The notes: generated by a model not told the origin, from the letters alone. Numbered from the whole stretch's first letter, positions 37,861 through 50,792 are shown. The stretch is DNA of 63,915 nt, filler included, from Lama guanicoe (GCA_013239625.1; 171 parts of 171 records of this genome joined end to end with filler, not necessarily neighbours in it); one strand, 5' to 3'. Made by a program: numbers and translations.

Positions 37861-38526
37861 ATGAAAGTATTACCTACCTTCGAAGCCCAACTCCAAGACA
37901 GTCACATTCATGAAAGCGTTAAGATTCTTGGAAGGAATGTCTCTCTCTCGTCTCTCATAGTACCCAAGCCTCATTTATCATAAGTACCACTGTCTACCTT
38001 ACATTATAACCACCTCAGTAAACACTCTTGAGCGTAGAGTCCGTATATCATNNNNNNNNNNNNNNNNNNNNNNNNNNNNNNNNNNNNNNNNNNNNTTAAT
38101 TAATTAANNNNNNNNNNNNNNNNNNNNNNNNNNNNNNNNNNNNNNNNNNNNAGGAGCCGGCCTCAGAGCACAGAAACGGGGAGCCCCCTCCCTTCCTCCC
38201 GCAGTGTGTCTCTAGTGTCGTCTGCTGACCCAGCTCCTCCGCCCTCCGTCTGGGAACAGAAAACATGCTTCCAGGGCCCAGAGTCACAGTCACAGAGAGG
38301 TAGCAAAGAGTGGGTTTGGAGCTGAGAGGCAATACATTGAAGGCACCACCTCCTTGAATCTGATATTTTATTGTGACTTACTAGAGTGATAAAGGAATGT
38401 TATGGAAAGAGTTACAAACTTGAGAANNNNNNNNNNNNNNNNNNNNNNNNNNNNNNNNNNNNNNNNNNNNTTAATTAATTAANNNNNNNNNNNNNNNNNN
38501 NNNNNNNNNNNNNNNNNNNNNNNNNN

Positions 38527-38697
38527 TGTCTTCGCTGGTGCAGTATATGGACGGCTCACCCACGAGGTCAAACAGATATATCCCTCTCTCTCCAAGGTTG
38601 CAGCGGTAGGTCACCACTGTTCTGTATGGAAAATATTTTCTATTGGTGCTAATAAACCCTCCATTGGCGATGGCTGGGGGTGGCCCACAAAGAATAC
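38527..38697 (-). pseudogene. CR1: Complement receptor 1 (CR1/CR1-like) CCP/sushi module exon (CCP3/10/17 type), truncated by contig end, with non-canonical acceptor
   Basis: [56 protein letters not shown] aligns ungapped to recalled human CR1 CCP3 ([56 protein letters not shown]). The upstream pyrimidine tract ends 'ttttcccAT|' rather than AG. Family assignment is strong; pseudogene status is inferred. Confidence 0.8.
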
Positions 38698-38901
38698 ATG
38701 GGAAAAGGGACAGCAAGTTAAAACTCCAATTTCTTAAAGATATATTCAACTAGACTTTTGCTAACCACTTAGAAAAATGACCCAAATGGCAATATTCAGA
38801 ANNNNNNNNNNNNNNNNNNNNNNNNNNNNNNNNNNNNNNNNNNNNTTAATTAATTAANNNNNNNNNNNNNNNNNNNNNNNNNNNNNNNNNNNNNNNNNNN
38901 N

Positions 38902-39176
38902 AAGTCCAAGGCTTATACAGACCTAATTAGCTCTCCTAGCAATGATGTACGTTAACATGCGTGCAATTTTGTCAACCAGGAAAACCTTGATGTTCAAGGT
39001 TTTTACTGGGGGTCATTCATGAAGGCATATGTGTCCTCCATGACTGATCCCAACTACTCAGACTCCAGTCCTTCATAGCAAAAACATACGTTCCCCATTA
39101 TTAGCATAGACTATTGGTCAAACTGACATCACACGGCTGAAGGACTCCTGCATACAATATTTTTATCAAGAAGAAT
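38902..39176 (-). mobile_element. ERVL LTR (MER77/MER21-like) fragment
   Basis: 'caaccagg...aggtttttactgggggtca...atgactga...ctactcagactccag...ttagcatagactat'. Confidence 0.6.
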
Positions 39177-39651
39177 NNNNNNNNNNNNNNNNNNNNNNNN
39201 NNNNNNNNNNNNNNNNNNNNTTAATTAATTAANNNNNNNNNNNNNNNNNNNNNNNNNNNNNNNNNNNNNNNNNNNNGGAGAACTCAGCTGAGTCTTTTAT
39301 AGCTAAACTGATTCAAGAATTTTCTGATTTCTGGAGAAATAAAAATAAAAATCTCTATAAACTCACATCAAGTTGATTTCTCAAAGAAAAGTCTTCAGAA
39401 ATTCAAGATTGTTGAGTTGATTGTTAGGCCTGAGAAGAATAAGTGGAATTAACTTTTAAATAGTATCACAAAATTATTTCAATCAGCAAAAGACAGAAAC
39501 TTTTGTAACAAAAATATTTAGATAAAAAATGGAGAATTCCGGATGTGAGGGNNNNNNNNNNNNNNNNNNNNNNNNNNNNNNNNNNNNNNNNNNNNTTAAT
39601 TAATTAANNNNNNNNNNNNNNNNNNNNNNNNNNNNNNNNNNNNNNNNNNNN

Positions 39652-39926
39652 TCTCGGCCCTGCCGGTCCAAGCTGGAGACCGGCTCCACGGGCCAGCCCG
39701 CCCAGACTGCAAACACCGAGCGCGGGGGCGGGCCGGAGGCGGGGCCCCGGGGCGGGGCGAGCGGGGGCGGGGCCAGGAGAGGAGCCAACGGCGCGAGGGA
39801 GGCGGGGCGAGCTCCGCTGCTGGGGAAGGCGGGGCCGGAGGACCGCGGCGTTCCCTGCTGGGATCGGGTACAGAGCTCTGCACCCACGGCGTGTGACCTT
39901 TTGGGGCTGGGATCTGCTGGGGTCGT
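39652..39926. promoter_or_regulatory. CpG-island fragment with clustered GC boxes (Sp/KLF-type)
   Basis: Very GC- and CpG-rich, with several GGGGCGGG/GGCGGGGC motifs between 39724 and 39836. Confidence 0.7.
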
Positions 39927-41592
39927 NNNNNNNNNNNNNNNNNNNNNNNNNNNNNNNNNNNNNNNNNNNNTTAATTAATTAANNNNNNNNNNNNNNNNNN
40001 NNNNNNNNNNNNNNNNNNNNNNNNNNCAGGGGCACAGCCCTGCAGGGGTCTCTCTGCAAACAGCCCCCCGTGGGGCCCCCTTAACACCCACGGTGCAGCT
40101 TCAGGTCCAGGGCGGTTCCAGCTCCATGTGCCTGGGAACGCCCTGTCCTCTCGGTTTCCTTAAACTCCGCCCACACCCCTGAGACGCCGCTTTACTCAGT
40201 CCGACTCAAAGTACTGGCCCCTGAGAACTCCGACTGTTACAGGGTGAATATCCAGCACGTGTTGCCAGGATGATCAGTCAGTTATCTGGAGGGAAAATAA
40301 TNNNNNNNNNNNNNNNNNNNNNNNNNNNNNNNNNNNNNNNNNNNNTTAATTAATTAANNNNNNNNNNNNNNNNNNNNNNNNNNNNNNNNNNNNNNNNNNN
40401 NTTAAAATTCTTGATACACTGGACACATTTTTTGCATATCTAATTCTAGAGTAAAGAATATCTATAGTACTGTTGCCCAGTTTACAGGCAGTTGTTAAAC
40501 TGTAAGGAAAACCAAGTTCTCTCTGACAGTTTTGTTTTCTGACTTACTATGTGCCAAGCCATAAAGAAAAGAATATTGTCGTACCTTAGTTCCCACTGAG
40601 GCCTTGTCGACCCAGGAATTGTTTAGCTAAACTGTGGATTCCTTCAGACATACAGTTTTCAGAAATAACATGAGTGNNNNNNNNNNNNNNNNNNNNNNNN
40701 NNNNNNNNNNNNNNNNNNNNTTAATTAATTAANNNNNNNNNNNNNNNNNNNNNNNNNNNNNNNNNNNNNNNNNNNNTGCTGATTTTCATCATCATAGAAT
40801 TTGAACTAGTTTTAAACCTAAATTACCAGGGTACACCAGGTGAGCCAATTATCTAAGGCCAGACACTGAGTGCTACCATGATCTTTTTTTCCCTGCATAA
40901 CGGGTAATTCCACTTCGAAGCCAGCAGTCGACGCTGAGACTCATTCAGGCACATGCCGTTTGATAGGTAGGAAGCCAATTCTATCAATGTTTCTGATGCT
41001 CTCTTTTAATATTGTTTCATTTATTCATGATTTTCAAATCCAAGCACATCANNNNNNNNNNNNNNNNNNNNNNNNNNNNNNNNNNNNNNNNNNNNTTAAT
41101 TAATTAANNNNNNNNNNNNNNNNNNNNNNNNNNNNNNNNNNNNNNNNNNNNAATAAACTGGGAGTCAAGAGATCTGGGCTTCACTGCACTTCTGCAATCA
41201 CGCAAGTCACTAGGTCCATCAGGAAAAGGTCACATTCCCGTTAAGTCACCCGTGAGGGGGACTGCCGTTAAATGAGGTTTATCCCTGAAATTCTCTGCTC
41301 TGGCAGCTGCAGAAGTCGTCACTGAGGCCACCACTGCGGGGCTGCCTCAAGAAGGTGGGCCATGTGTGCGCACCCAGTTCCCACTGCCTGAAGTCATCTG
41401 TCACATTATTCCCAAATAATGAACACNNNNNNNNNNNNNNNNNNNNNNNNNNNNNNNNNNNNNNNNNNNNTTAATTAATTAANNNNNNNNNNNNNNNNNN
41501 NNNNNNNNNNNNNNNNNNNNNNNNNNTTTTTTATAATCATATTTATAATTTTATAAAAGTTCCCAACATAATGAAGTTATAATTGTAACTTA

Positions 41593-41688
<96 letters not shown>

Positions 41689-43923
41689 TTACCTCAATTA
41701 CCTACTAGATATCTAATTAGTAGGAATAACTACTAGAGGTTAGAAGAAGAATAATGAATAAGCAGCTTCTATATAACATCTAAACCTTATGAATTGTTAT
41801 TNNNNNNNNNNNNNNNNNNNNNNNNNNNNNNNNNNNNNNNNNNNNTTAATTAATTAANNNNNNNNNNNNNNNNNNNNNNNNNNNNNNNNNNNNNNNNNNN
41901 NGGTGCGGCAGAGCCCTAGGATGGAGAGCAGGTGGTGGGCTGTGTGGATGATCTGGGCTAGGCCCAGGTGGGTGTGGTGACCCTGTTCATTTTGTCCGGG
42001 TAGAGGGAACAGGGACAGGAACTTTGAAAGTGTCCACGTTAGGAGCCCAAAGGTGGAAGGCAAAGGGGGCAGCTGCACTGGCCAGGCCACCTTGGAACCT
42101 GCCAGGATGCTGGTCCCTCACATCTGGGAAGACTGACAATTGACAGGCAAGTGAGACATCCTCCCCCAACCCCCCCNNNNNNNNNNNNNNNNNNNNNNNN
42201 NNNNNNNNNNNNNNNNNNNNTTAATTAATTAANNNNNNNNNNNNNNNNNNNNNNNNNNNNNNNNNNNNNNNNNNNNTTCCCCTCCCCCATTGCTTGGTGG
42301 TCACCCAGCATCTTCCACAGCTTCTAAGATACTCCTGAGAAACAGAGAAGCAGAGGTACCACAGGAAACCTGCCCCTGGCAGCACAGACAGCCACACACA
42401 CAGATGCACTGAAACCCAGTAGCTGAGGGGCTGTGGTGTGGGACAGATTTCTGTTGCTCCATGTAACACAGTTCAAGACAATGCAATGGAAGTAGAAGTC
42501 CCCTAGATGTGGGCAAAGCTTTTGTCTTCCTGATCAAGAGTGTGCATGTGGNNNNNNNNNNNNNNNNNNNNNNNNNNNNNNNNNNNNNNNNNNNNTTAAT
42601 TAATTAANNNNNNNNNNNNNNNNNNNNNNNNNNNNNNNNNNNNNNNNNNNNTGGGGGCAATGGGGGCGCGTGGTGGGCCCTGCTCTGCATCATCTCGTGG
42701 AGAGGGCTGGTCCGTCCCGCCTCTCAGCACCCACCCCCTGCGCCTCTCAGCTGTCACACAGCCCATCCGGCTGTGCACACCGGAATCTGGAGGTTCCTTC
42801 GCTGACCTATGAAATGACTCTTTTCAAGGGCAACCGTTTCCCCGGGTTCTGGTTCGAGTTTTGCGCTTTCCTCTTCTCGCTGCCTGGGGTTGGCAGAGTA
42901 CTGGCGTTCGAAGCTGCCACGTCCTANNNNNNNNNNNNNNNNNNNNNNNNNNNNNNNNNNNNNNNNNNNNTTAATTAATTAANNNNNNNNNNNNNNNNNN
43001 NNNNNNNNNNNNNNNNNNNNNNNNNNTATAGATGCTTCTGAGGGATGTAGCAGGAAACAGAAATGGAGCAGTAGCGTGGGGAAGATGAAGTTCTTTTTTT
43101 TTTAAGATAGGAGATGTTATCAGCATCATAAAAATATGATGATGAAAATGAGGCAGAAGGGGACGACTGGACGATTTGGGAGATAAGGGATATTTGCAGG
43201 AAGAAAATCCTTTGGTAGGTGAGAGGGCACTGGTTCCAGCCACAAGAGGGGAAGTGTGGACTGGATAAGGGTATGGGTAGGCCAGCCTTTAAATGGGGTG
43301 CNNNNNNNNNNNNNNNNNNNNNNNNNNNNNNNNNNNNNNNNNNNNTTAATTAATTAANNNNNNNNNNNNNNNNNNNNNNNNNNNNNNNNNNNNNNNNNNN
43401 NGTCCCCCAGCTCCGGATGAACACCTCTGGTGACCGTTTGCCCACATCACGGGGCCACCTTCTAACTTTCTCCTTCTGCACATCAACCTGAGCACTGTCC
43501 CCTTCGAGCGTCTTGTACCCAGACCCTCAGCCTTCTGGGCCCGTGAGGACCTGTCCTGCTCTTCCTGAAGAAACTTCCCCACATCTTGCAGAACACATCC
43601 AGTTCCTTCCACAGTCCCCCTTGTCACGTGACCCGTCTCCTTGCTGCCCGGGCCACGCCCCTTTGGACACTGGCAGNNNNNNNNNNNNNNNNNNNNNNNN
43701 NNNNNNNNNNNNNNNNNNNNTTAATTAATTAANNNNNNNNNNNNNNNNNNNNNNNNNNNNNNNNNNNNNNNNNNNNTCTAAGCCTTGGATTTCTTCTCTC
43801 TGGAAGGGAGATGCATGGTAACACCGACCTTGTAGAGTCCAGGGAAGAATTCAGTAAAACGGTGTTCACGAGGCACATGGCACTCACCCTGGGCCCCCCC
43901 ACCTGGCCGCGGCCCCCACGTAC

Positions 43924-44043
43924 CAGCAGAGCCTCCGGGAGGTTGTGCCCCTCCGTGAAGGTGATGATGGCAGAGGTGATGCCCAGGACGCTGAGCTCCA
44001 GAGTGGCGGTGCTGATGGTGTCGGCATCCTGGGCCCAGCCCGC
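43924..44043 (-). CDS. Complete 120-nt phase-0/0 internal exon, product unidentified (AGWAQDADTISTATLELSVLGITSAIITFTEGHNLPEALL)
   Basis: 'tcttccag|' acceptor, 40 sense codons with strong G/C third-position bias, and 'CTG|gtacgt' donor. Not in the ORF track on this strand. Confidence 0.7.
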
Positions 44044-45132
44044 CTGGAAGANNNNNNNNNNNNNNNNNNNNNNNNNNNNNNNNNNNNNNNNNNNNTTAAT
44101 TAATTAANNNNNNNNNNNNNNNNNNNNNNNNNNNNNNNNNNNNNNNNNNNNGACCTCGCCGCGTGCACCCGTGCCCTCTATCACACCCTTAACAAACCGG
44201 GGAGCAGAAGTAAGTGCTGCCCTGAGCTCTGCGAGCTGCTCCAGACAACGCGCGGATCCGGGGACGTCGCGGGAGCCTCCTGTTTGCAGTCAAGACGGAC
44301 AGACGTCGTGGGTCAGCTGGGGACCCAGTACTTGCGACTGGCATGTGAAGGAGGGGGTGGTGCCGTCTGTGGGACTGAACACCCGACCTGCGGGGTCTGT
44401 GCTAGGCCTGGTTCCGGCCAGAATTGNNNNNNNNNNNNNNNNNNNNNNNNNNNNNNNNNNNNNNNNNNNNTTAATTAATTAANNNNNNNNNNNNNNNNNN
44501 NNNNNNNNNNNNNNNNNNNNNNNNNNGGGGGTCTAAGAACACTGGTTGGTAACAGTTTCAGAAATGCATTATGTATTGGCTTTTGGAGTCCTATTGGCCA
44601 ATGGTTACTGAATGATTACAATGTGCTGGGCATCATACAAAGTGCATTTTATACACTATCTCATTCAACACTTCTAATGGGACTGTTTGATGGCCTTGTC
44701 TTTATCTTCTTTAAACTCATCAGGAAACAGCAACAGAGCAGCAAAACACCCTTCTGAGCCAGTAAGTAAAAATACAGCATGAAAAAGGCAGTCCTCATCC
44801 CNNNNNNNNNNNNNNNNNNNNNNNNNNNNNNNNNNNNNNNNNNNNTTAATTAATTAANNNNNNNNNNNNNNNNNNNNNNNNNNNNNNNNNNNNNNNNNNN
44901 NGTCCTGGGTAATTTGATAGGGATCACATTAAATCTGTAGATTGTTTTGGATAGTATGGCCATTTTAACAAAATTAATTCTTCTAATTCATGTTTGCTCA
45001 TCTTTTAAAATTAAGGTATAATTGACACTATATTAGTTTTAGGTGTACAACATACTGGTTTGGTTTTTGTATATATTGTGAAATGATCACCACAGTAAAT
45101 TTCCATAGCATCTGTCACCACACACAGTTACA

Positions 45133-45134
<2 letters not shown>

Positions 45135-45170
<36 letters not shown>
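45135..45170. repeat. (TG)18 microsatellite at contig end, inside an antisense L1 3' fragment
   Basis: Perfect TG run seen directly. Confidence 0.97.
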
Positions 45171-46395
45171 NNNNNNNNNNNNNNNNNNNNNNNNNNNNNN
45201 NNNNNNNNNNNNNNTTAATTAATTAANNNNNNNNNNNNNNNNNNNNNNNNNNNNNNNNNNNNNNNNNNNNTCATGGACAGGTCAGTTCAGGGGTCTGTGA
45301 TTGCCTGAGGCAAATGTACAGAAAATACCCACAAATCACTGCTTTCTTCTAATTAAAAATTTATTTGTGAGACAAAGTAGCAAAGAAGTAATTTTATGTT
45401 TCTGACCTCTTTCTCTTGCTGAATAATCGGAGGCAATTCTCAATGATATTTGAACATCTATTTAATCTTTACAACTAAATCAAATGACCATCATATTTCA
45501 AATCTTTTCTTCTATTTACAAAAAGTAAAGAGTTTAGCAATCATCNNNNNNNNNNNNNNNNNNNNNNNNNNNNNNNNNNNNNNNNNNNNTTAATTAATTA
45601 ANNNNNNNNNNNNNNNNNNNNNNNNNNNNNNNNNNNNNNNNNNNNAAGGATTTTGTTAGGGATAAAAAAAGAAATGATAAATTCCAAGCAGAAGGGAAAG
45701 CAAGAGTAAAGACAAGTGAAAATGTATGGTGGGCAGCTACGGACCAGATGCTGGGGAGAAGCGGTCTAGCAGGAGAGGTGACTAAAAAGGAACACGCAGC
45801 GCTTAATTATTAAGTATAAGAGCAAACACTGTGGAAGTAAGGAGCAAATTTTCCCACATGGGGAAGTACACCTGTAGAGTATAGTCCTAGAAGCAGGACT
45901 ACTGGAGCAAAATTAATGTGNNNNNNNNNNNNNNNNNNNNNNNNNNNNNNNNNNNNNNNNNNNNTTAATTAATTAANNNNNNNNNNNNNNNNNNNNNNNN
46001 NNNNNNNNNNNNNNNNNNNNAAAAATAAAACTACAAATAATGTAACACAATTTAAAATCTTTAAGTTGCTTAGACTTGCCTCCGCAGCTACCACTGAGTG
46101 AAGATGCAATTACTAACATAAAGACACAGTTTTGAGAGACACAGATCAAAGATTTATGCCATGGGATTATTGAATTAATAAAGAAAAGTACAATATGTCA
46201 GAATACAGAAGAGCCTAAAGCCATGGGCAGATTTAGGGCTGCATGACTGTTATCAAAAATGTAGTCGTTTGGCAAGTTTATACTGTATAGCACAGNNNNN
46301 NNNNNNNNNNNNNNNNNNNNNNNNNNNNNNNNNNNNNNNTTAATTAATTAANNNNNNNNNNNNNNNNNNNNNNNNNNNNNNNNNNNNNNNNNNNN

Positions 46396-46669
46396 TGTGA
46401 GGAGGTACTAGCACCAACTCGGTTTTACAGTGAAAACTGCAGGACATTCAAAACGACCGTAGAAAACAGGCTAAGAAATTAGAATAATTGTAACACTTTT
46501 AAACCACTCCCTTGGTGCTAAATGAATGAACAACTCTTCACATGATCAATTCTGAGAGAAATTTGAGTTTGAAAATCGACCTTCATCTAGCATGTTGGGA
46601 AAACAAAGTTTCTTTTCATAAGGAAAGTACACTACTTACATATATATGGGGAGGTACTAGCTCCAACTC
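46396..46669 (-). repeat. ~249-bp satellite monomer (reverse orientation, diverged)
   Basis: 'ggaggtactagc.ccaactc' at 46401 and 46650; 'tgttgggaaaacaaagtttc' is the reverse complement of the conserved block in 22067 and 35156. Confidence 0.9.
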
Positions 46670-46769
46670 NNNNNNNNNNNNNNNNNNNNNNNNNNNNNNN
46701 NNNNNNNNNNNNNTTAATTAATTAANNNNNNNNNNNNNNNNNNNNNNNNNNNNNNNNNNNNNNNNNNNN

Positions 46770-46915
46770 TTTTTATTTAAATAAACTTTTTATTTTGGAA
46801 TAATTTTAGATACATGAAAAACTTGCAAAGACAATGCAAAGAGTTCCCAAATCCCCCTCACCCAGCTTCCCCTAATATTAAGATCTTATATTACTATGGC
46901 CCATTGGTCACACAT
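46770..46915 (-). mobile_element. L1MC-type 3' end (antisense)
   Basis: 'tttttattttggaataattttagata...gagttccca...ctcacccagcttcccctaat'. Confidence 0.8.
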
Positions 46916-47144
46916 TAATATTAACTGAAGTCCATTCTTTCTCTTTTTCATTGTTTAAAGTTTGAAGTGTACATTGATGGAGAAATCAACAGCTTCACAG
47001 ATAGACAAAAACTGAAATATTTCAGCACCACCAAACCAGCTTTANNNNNNNNNNNNNNNNNNNNNNNNNNNNNNNNNNNNNNNNNNNNTTAATTAATTAA
47101 NNNNNNNNNNNNNNNNNNNNNNNNNNNNNNNNNNNNNNNNNNNN

Positions 47145-47418
47145 ATTTCTCTACACAAACACTACAGGCCAGAAGGGAATGGCAAGATATATAAAAAGTC
47201 ATGAATGAGAAAAAGATGCCGACTGGGATACTTTATCCAACAAGGCATCCTTTAGGACAGAAGGAGAGACAGAATTTCACAGACAAGCGAAAACTAAAAG
47301 ACTTTACAACACTAAACCCATGCTAAAAGAAATCTTGAAAAATTTACTCTAAATAAAAAAACAGCAGGAATGCTACAGAAATGAGAAACTCACAACTGGA
47401 AAGGTGATAAATCATGAA
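47145..47418 (+). mobile_element. L1 ORF1 C-terminus and inter-ORF region (disrupted)
   Basis: FSTQTLQARREWQDI*KVM...ILYP...FTDKRKLK.F...KPMLKEILKNLL*, with a stop and frameshifts. Confidence 0.92.
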
Positions 47419-47893
47419 NNNNNNNNNNNNNNNNNNNNNNNNNNNNNNNNNNNNNNNNNNNNTTAATTAATTAANNNNNNNNNNNNNNNNNNNNNNNNNN
47501 NNNNNNNNNNNNNNNNNNCCAGGTGGCTCCGAGGCGCTGCTCCAGAGCAGCAGGGCCTTCAGCGCAGTTTTGTGTCAGGTCAGAGCAAAGAACACTAATA
47601 AGTCAGGGATACATTCCTTCAAGTTTTAAAAAAACAGACTAGCACGTGCACAGGGAGTCAGGATGACCTTGGCAGAAAAGGGAGTCATCCTCAAAGGAGG
47701 GCCAGCTTGGTGTCCTAGGAAGAAGGGCCTTTGCTCTTTACATGTAACACGGACCTTCTTTATGTGCCCTTTTTATAATTAATTACTTTAATANNNNNNN
47801 NNNNNNNNNNNNNNNNNNNNNNNNNNNNNNNNNNNNNTTAATTAATTAANNNNNNNNNNNNNNNNNNNNNNNNNNNNNNNNNNNNNNNNNNNN

Positions 47894-48004
47894 CCTCAGT
47901 CAGCTGGCTTTCCAATTAAAGACGCTATTTCTTGCCACAAAACCTGGTCTTCCAATTTATTGGCCTGTTTTGCAGTGAGCAGAATGAGTTTGGACTCAGT
48001 AACA
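47894..48004 (+). mobile_element. ERV1 LTR 3' end (MER41-like)
   Basis: 'ttattggcctgttttgcagtgagcagaatgagtttggactcagtaaca' ending in CA. Confidence 0.7.
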
Positions 48005-48268
48005 CAACCAAATATTGAAAGTATTCATTTGGTATATTAAATTACTTGCTTCTGCTGGTCTTTCTTCCTGACTTTTTCTTTTCTTGACCACTGCTGCTAT
48101 GTTTATGAATAATCTGTCTGTCTGCTCTTGTGGACACATTTACATCTCTAGCCACTACCCTTCCAGATNNNNNNNNNNNNNNNNNNNNNNNNNNNNNNNN
48201 NNNNNNNNNNNNTTAATTAATTAANNNNNNNNNNNNNNNNNNNNNNNNNNNNNNNNNNNNNNNNNNNN

Positions 48269-48543
48269 GAGAAAGACAAATACTATATGATACCACTTAT
48301 ATGTGGAATCTAAAAAACAATGATACAAATTCTATTTACTAACCCAAAACAGACTCATGGACATAGAAAACAAGCTATGGTTACCAAAGGGGAAAGGACG
48401 GGGAGGGATAAATTAGGGGTTGGCATTAACAGACACATATTACTGTATACAAAACAGATAAACAACAGGACCTACTGTACAGCACAGGGAACACTATTCA
48501 ATTTCTTGTAATAACATGTAATGGAAAAGAATCTGAAAAGAAA
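48269..48543 (+). mobile_element. Cetartiodactyl-type L1 3' UTR
   Basis: 'gagaaagacaaatactatatgatacc...tatggttaccaaaggggaaagg...ggacctactgtacagcacagggaac'. Confidence 0.95.
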
Positions 48544-49018
48544 NNNNNNNNNNNNNNNNNNNNNNNNNNNNNNNNNNNNNNNNNNNNTTAATTAATTAAN
48601 NNNNNNNNNNNNNNNNNNNNNNNNNNNNNNNNNNNNNNNNNNNTCACTTTACTTTTTTTAACCACTATGTCTTGTCTCTGAATTCTTTCTGGCATGGGAT
48701 AGGAACCTGGAAAACCAGTTGCATACACCAGCAACAGTTTCTCAAAGAGATATCTACACTCTTATGTTCATTGCAGTATTATTCATAAGAGCCAAGGTTA
48801 ATGGATGAATGGATAAAGGAGATTTGATATATGTATATATTATAATACATAATATATACATATATACACAATGGAATATTATTCAGTCATGAGAAAGAAG
48901 GAAATTCGACCTTTTTTTNNNNNNNNNNNNNNNNNNNNNNNNNNNNNNNNNNNNNNNNNNNNTTAATTAATTAANNNNNNNNNNNNNNNNNNNNNNNNNN
49001 NNNNNNNNNNNNNNNNNN

Positions 49019-49293
49019 AAGATTAATTGACTGTAAGTATGTGGGTTTATTTCTGGGCTCTCTATTTTGGTACATTGATCCATATGTCTGTTTTTGTGCC
49101 AACATCACACTATTTTGATGACTGTAGCTCTGTGGTGTTGTCTGAAGTCTGGGAGCGTTATTCTTCCAGCTTCATTTTTCTTTCTGCAGTATTGTTTTGG
49201 CAATTCTGTTTTTGATGTGTTTTTTTGGGGGGGAGGGGGGTAGCCCATATATATTTTAGAATTCTTTGGTCTCATTCTGTGAAAATTGCCCTG
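49019..49293 (-). mobile_element. L1 ORF2 fragment (antisense)
   Basis: 'gtgggtttatttctgggctctctatt...ttttgatgactgtagctctgtgg'. Confidence 0.92.
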
Positions 49294-50517
49294 NNNNNNN
49301 NNNNNNNNNNNNNNNNNNNNNNNNNNNNNNNNNNNNNTTAATTAATTAANNNNNNNNNNNNNNNNNNNNNNNNNNNNNNNNNNNNNNNNNNNNTCCACAG
49401 CCTCTCTGGCATTTATCATTTGTGGACTTTTGAATGATGGCCGTTCTGCTCAATCATAGGTTTTAGATTTACAGTGGTGGAGGCTCAGCTCAGCTGCCAA
49501 ATGTTGCAGAACCACCCTTTGGCAATGAGTTTAAGGCATGCCCTCACCCTCCTCACCATCTCCAGCCAAAGTCTTCACAGTCTTGAAGGTGACATGATTG
49601 CCATCTTTAGTCCTGTTTTCTCCAAAGAAGTGATTCATGGCCCTCACATTCCCTGCAAATCCAGCCTNNNNNNNNNNNNNNNNNNNNNNNNNNNNNNNNN
49701 NNNNNNNNNNNTTAATTAATTAANNNNNNNNNNNNNNNNNNNNNNNNNNNNNNNNNNNNNNNNNNNNTTAAAGGAAACAGAGCTCTGAACTCCTCATGTC
49801 TTATACAGCTTAATTTTAACCTTTACCTACGGTCATTCTTAACTGCTCTTCCCAGGATAGTTTAAATGACCAAATCGATCATCAATCATTGACTCTAAGA
49901 AAAATTTTAGGTGTGAAGGTTTCTGCATGGGTATGCTTGCTTGGTTTTTAATTTTACTTAGAGTGAAACAGTTTGTTTAGCTAATTGCTTCCCATGTAAG
50001 ACAGTGAGGTTGTAGAGAACGCTGACCCTGGGTGTTATCTGTNNNNNNNNNNNNNNNNNNNNNNNNNNNNNNNNNNNNNNNNNNNNTTAATTAATTAANN
50101 NNNNNNNNNNNNNNNNNNNNNNNNNNNNNNNNNNNNNNNNNNCCACCCCGGCTTTGTAATGATTTTTTTGCTCTTTGTAACAAATGTCCTTTAAATATTC
50201 AATATTTCTTGAGACAGGCTGAGCCCTCCATGGACAAAGGGTGGATGAGGAAAGCTGAGTGGTTCTACGTCTGTGCCCAGGTGGGAATGAACATCTTCCA
50301 CTTGGTCAACCCAAAGGCCTTCAGTTAACGGGGCCCCCACTCTGGGCCAGTCATTTGGTCACTGTCTGTTGTTGTATGAGTGTGCCGCTTGGGAGACTCA
50401 CCCATCAGCCCCACTTTNNNNNNNNNNNNNNNNNNNNNNNNNNNNNNNNNNNNNNNNNNNNTTAATTAATTAANNNNNNNNNNNNNNNNNNNNNNNNNNN
50501 NNNNNNNNNNNNNNNNN

Positions 50518-50792
50518 ATTAAAAGCAAAATAATCAAATAGGTCCTAATTAAACTTAAAAGCTTCTTCACAGCAAAATAATCAGAATGAATATATGAATT
50601 TCCAACTGGGAGAAAACGTTAGGAAACAATGTAATCAACAAGAGGCTAATTTCTAAAATGCACACATCGTTCATACAACTCCATTTTAAAAATCTACAAA
50701 CAACTAAGCCAGAAAATGTTCAAAAGATAATTCTCTAAATATGACACAGATGACAAACAGGAATATAAAAACGTGCTCACATTGCTAATCAT
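50518..50792 (+). mobile_element. L1 ORF2 fragment
   Basis: 'aaagcaaaataatcaaataggtcctaattaaacttaaaagcttc' (decayed KWDLIKLKSF motif). Confidence 0.88.
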
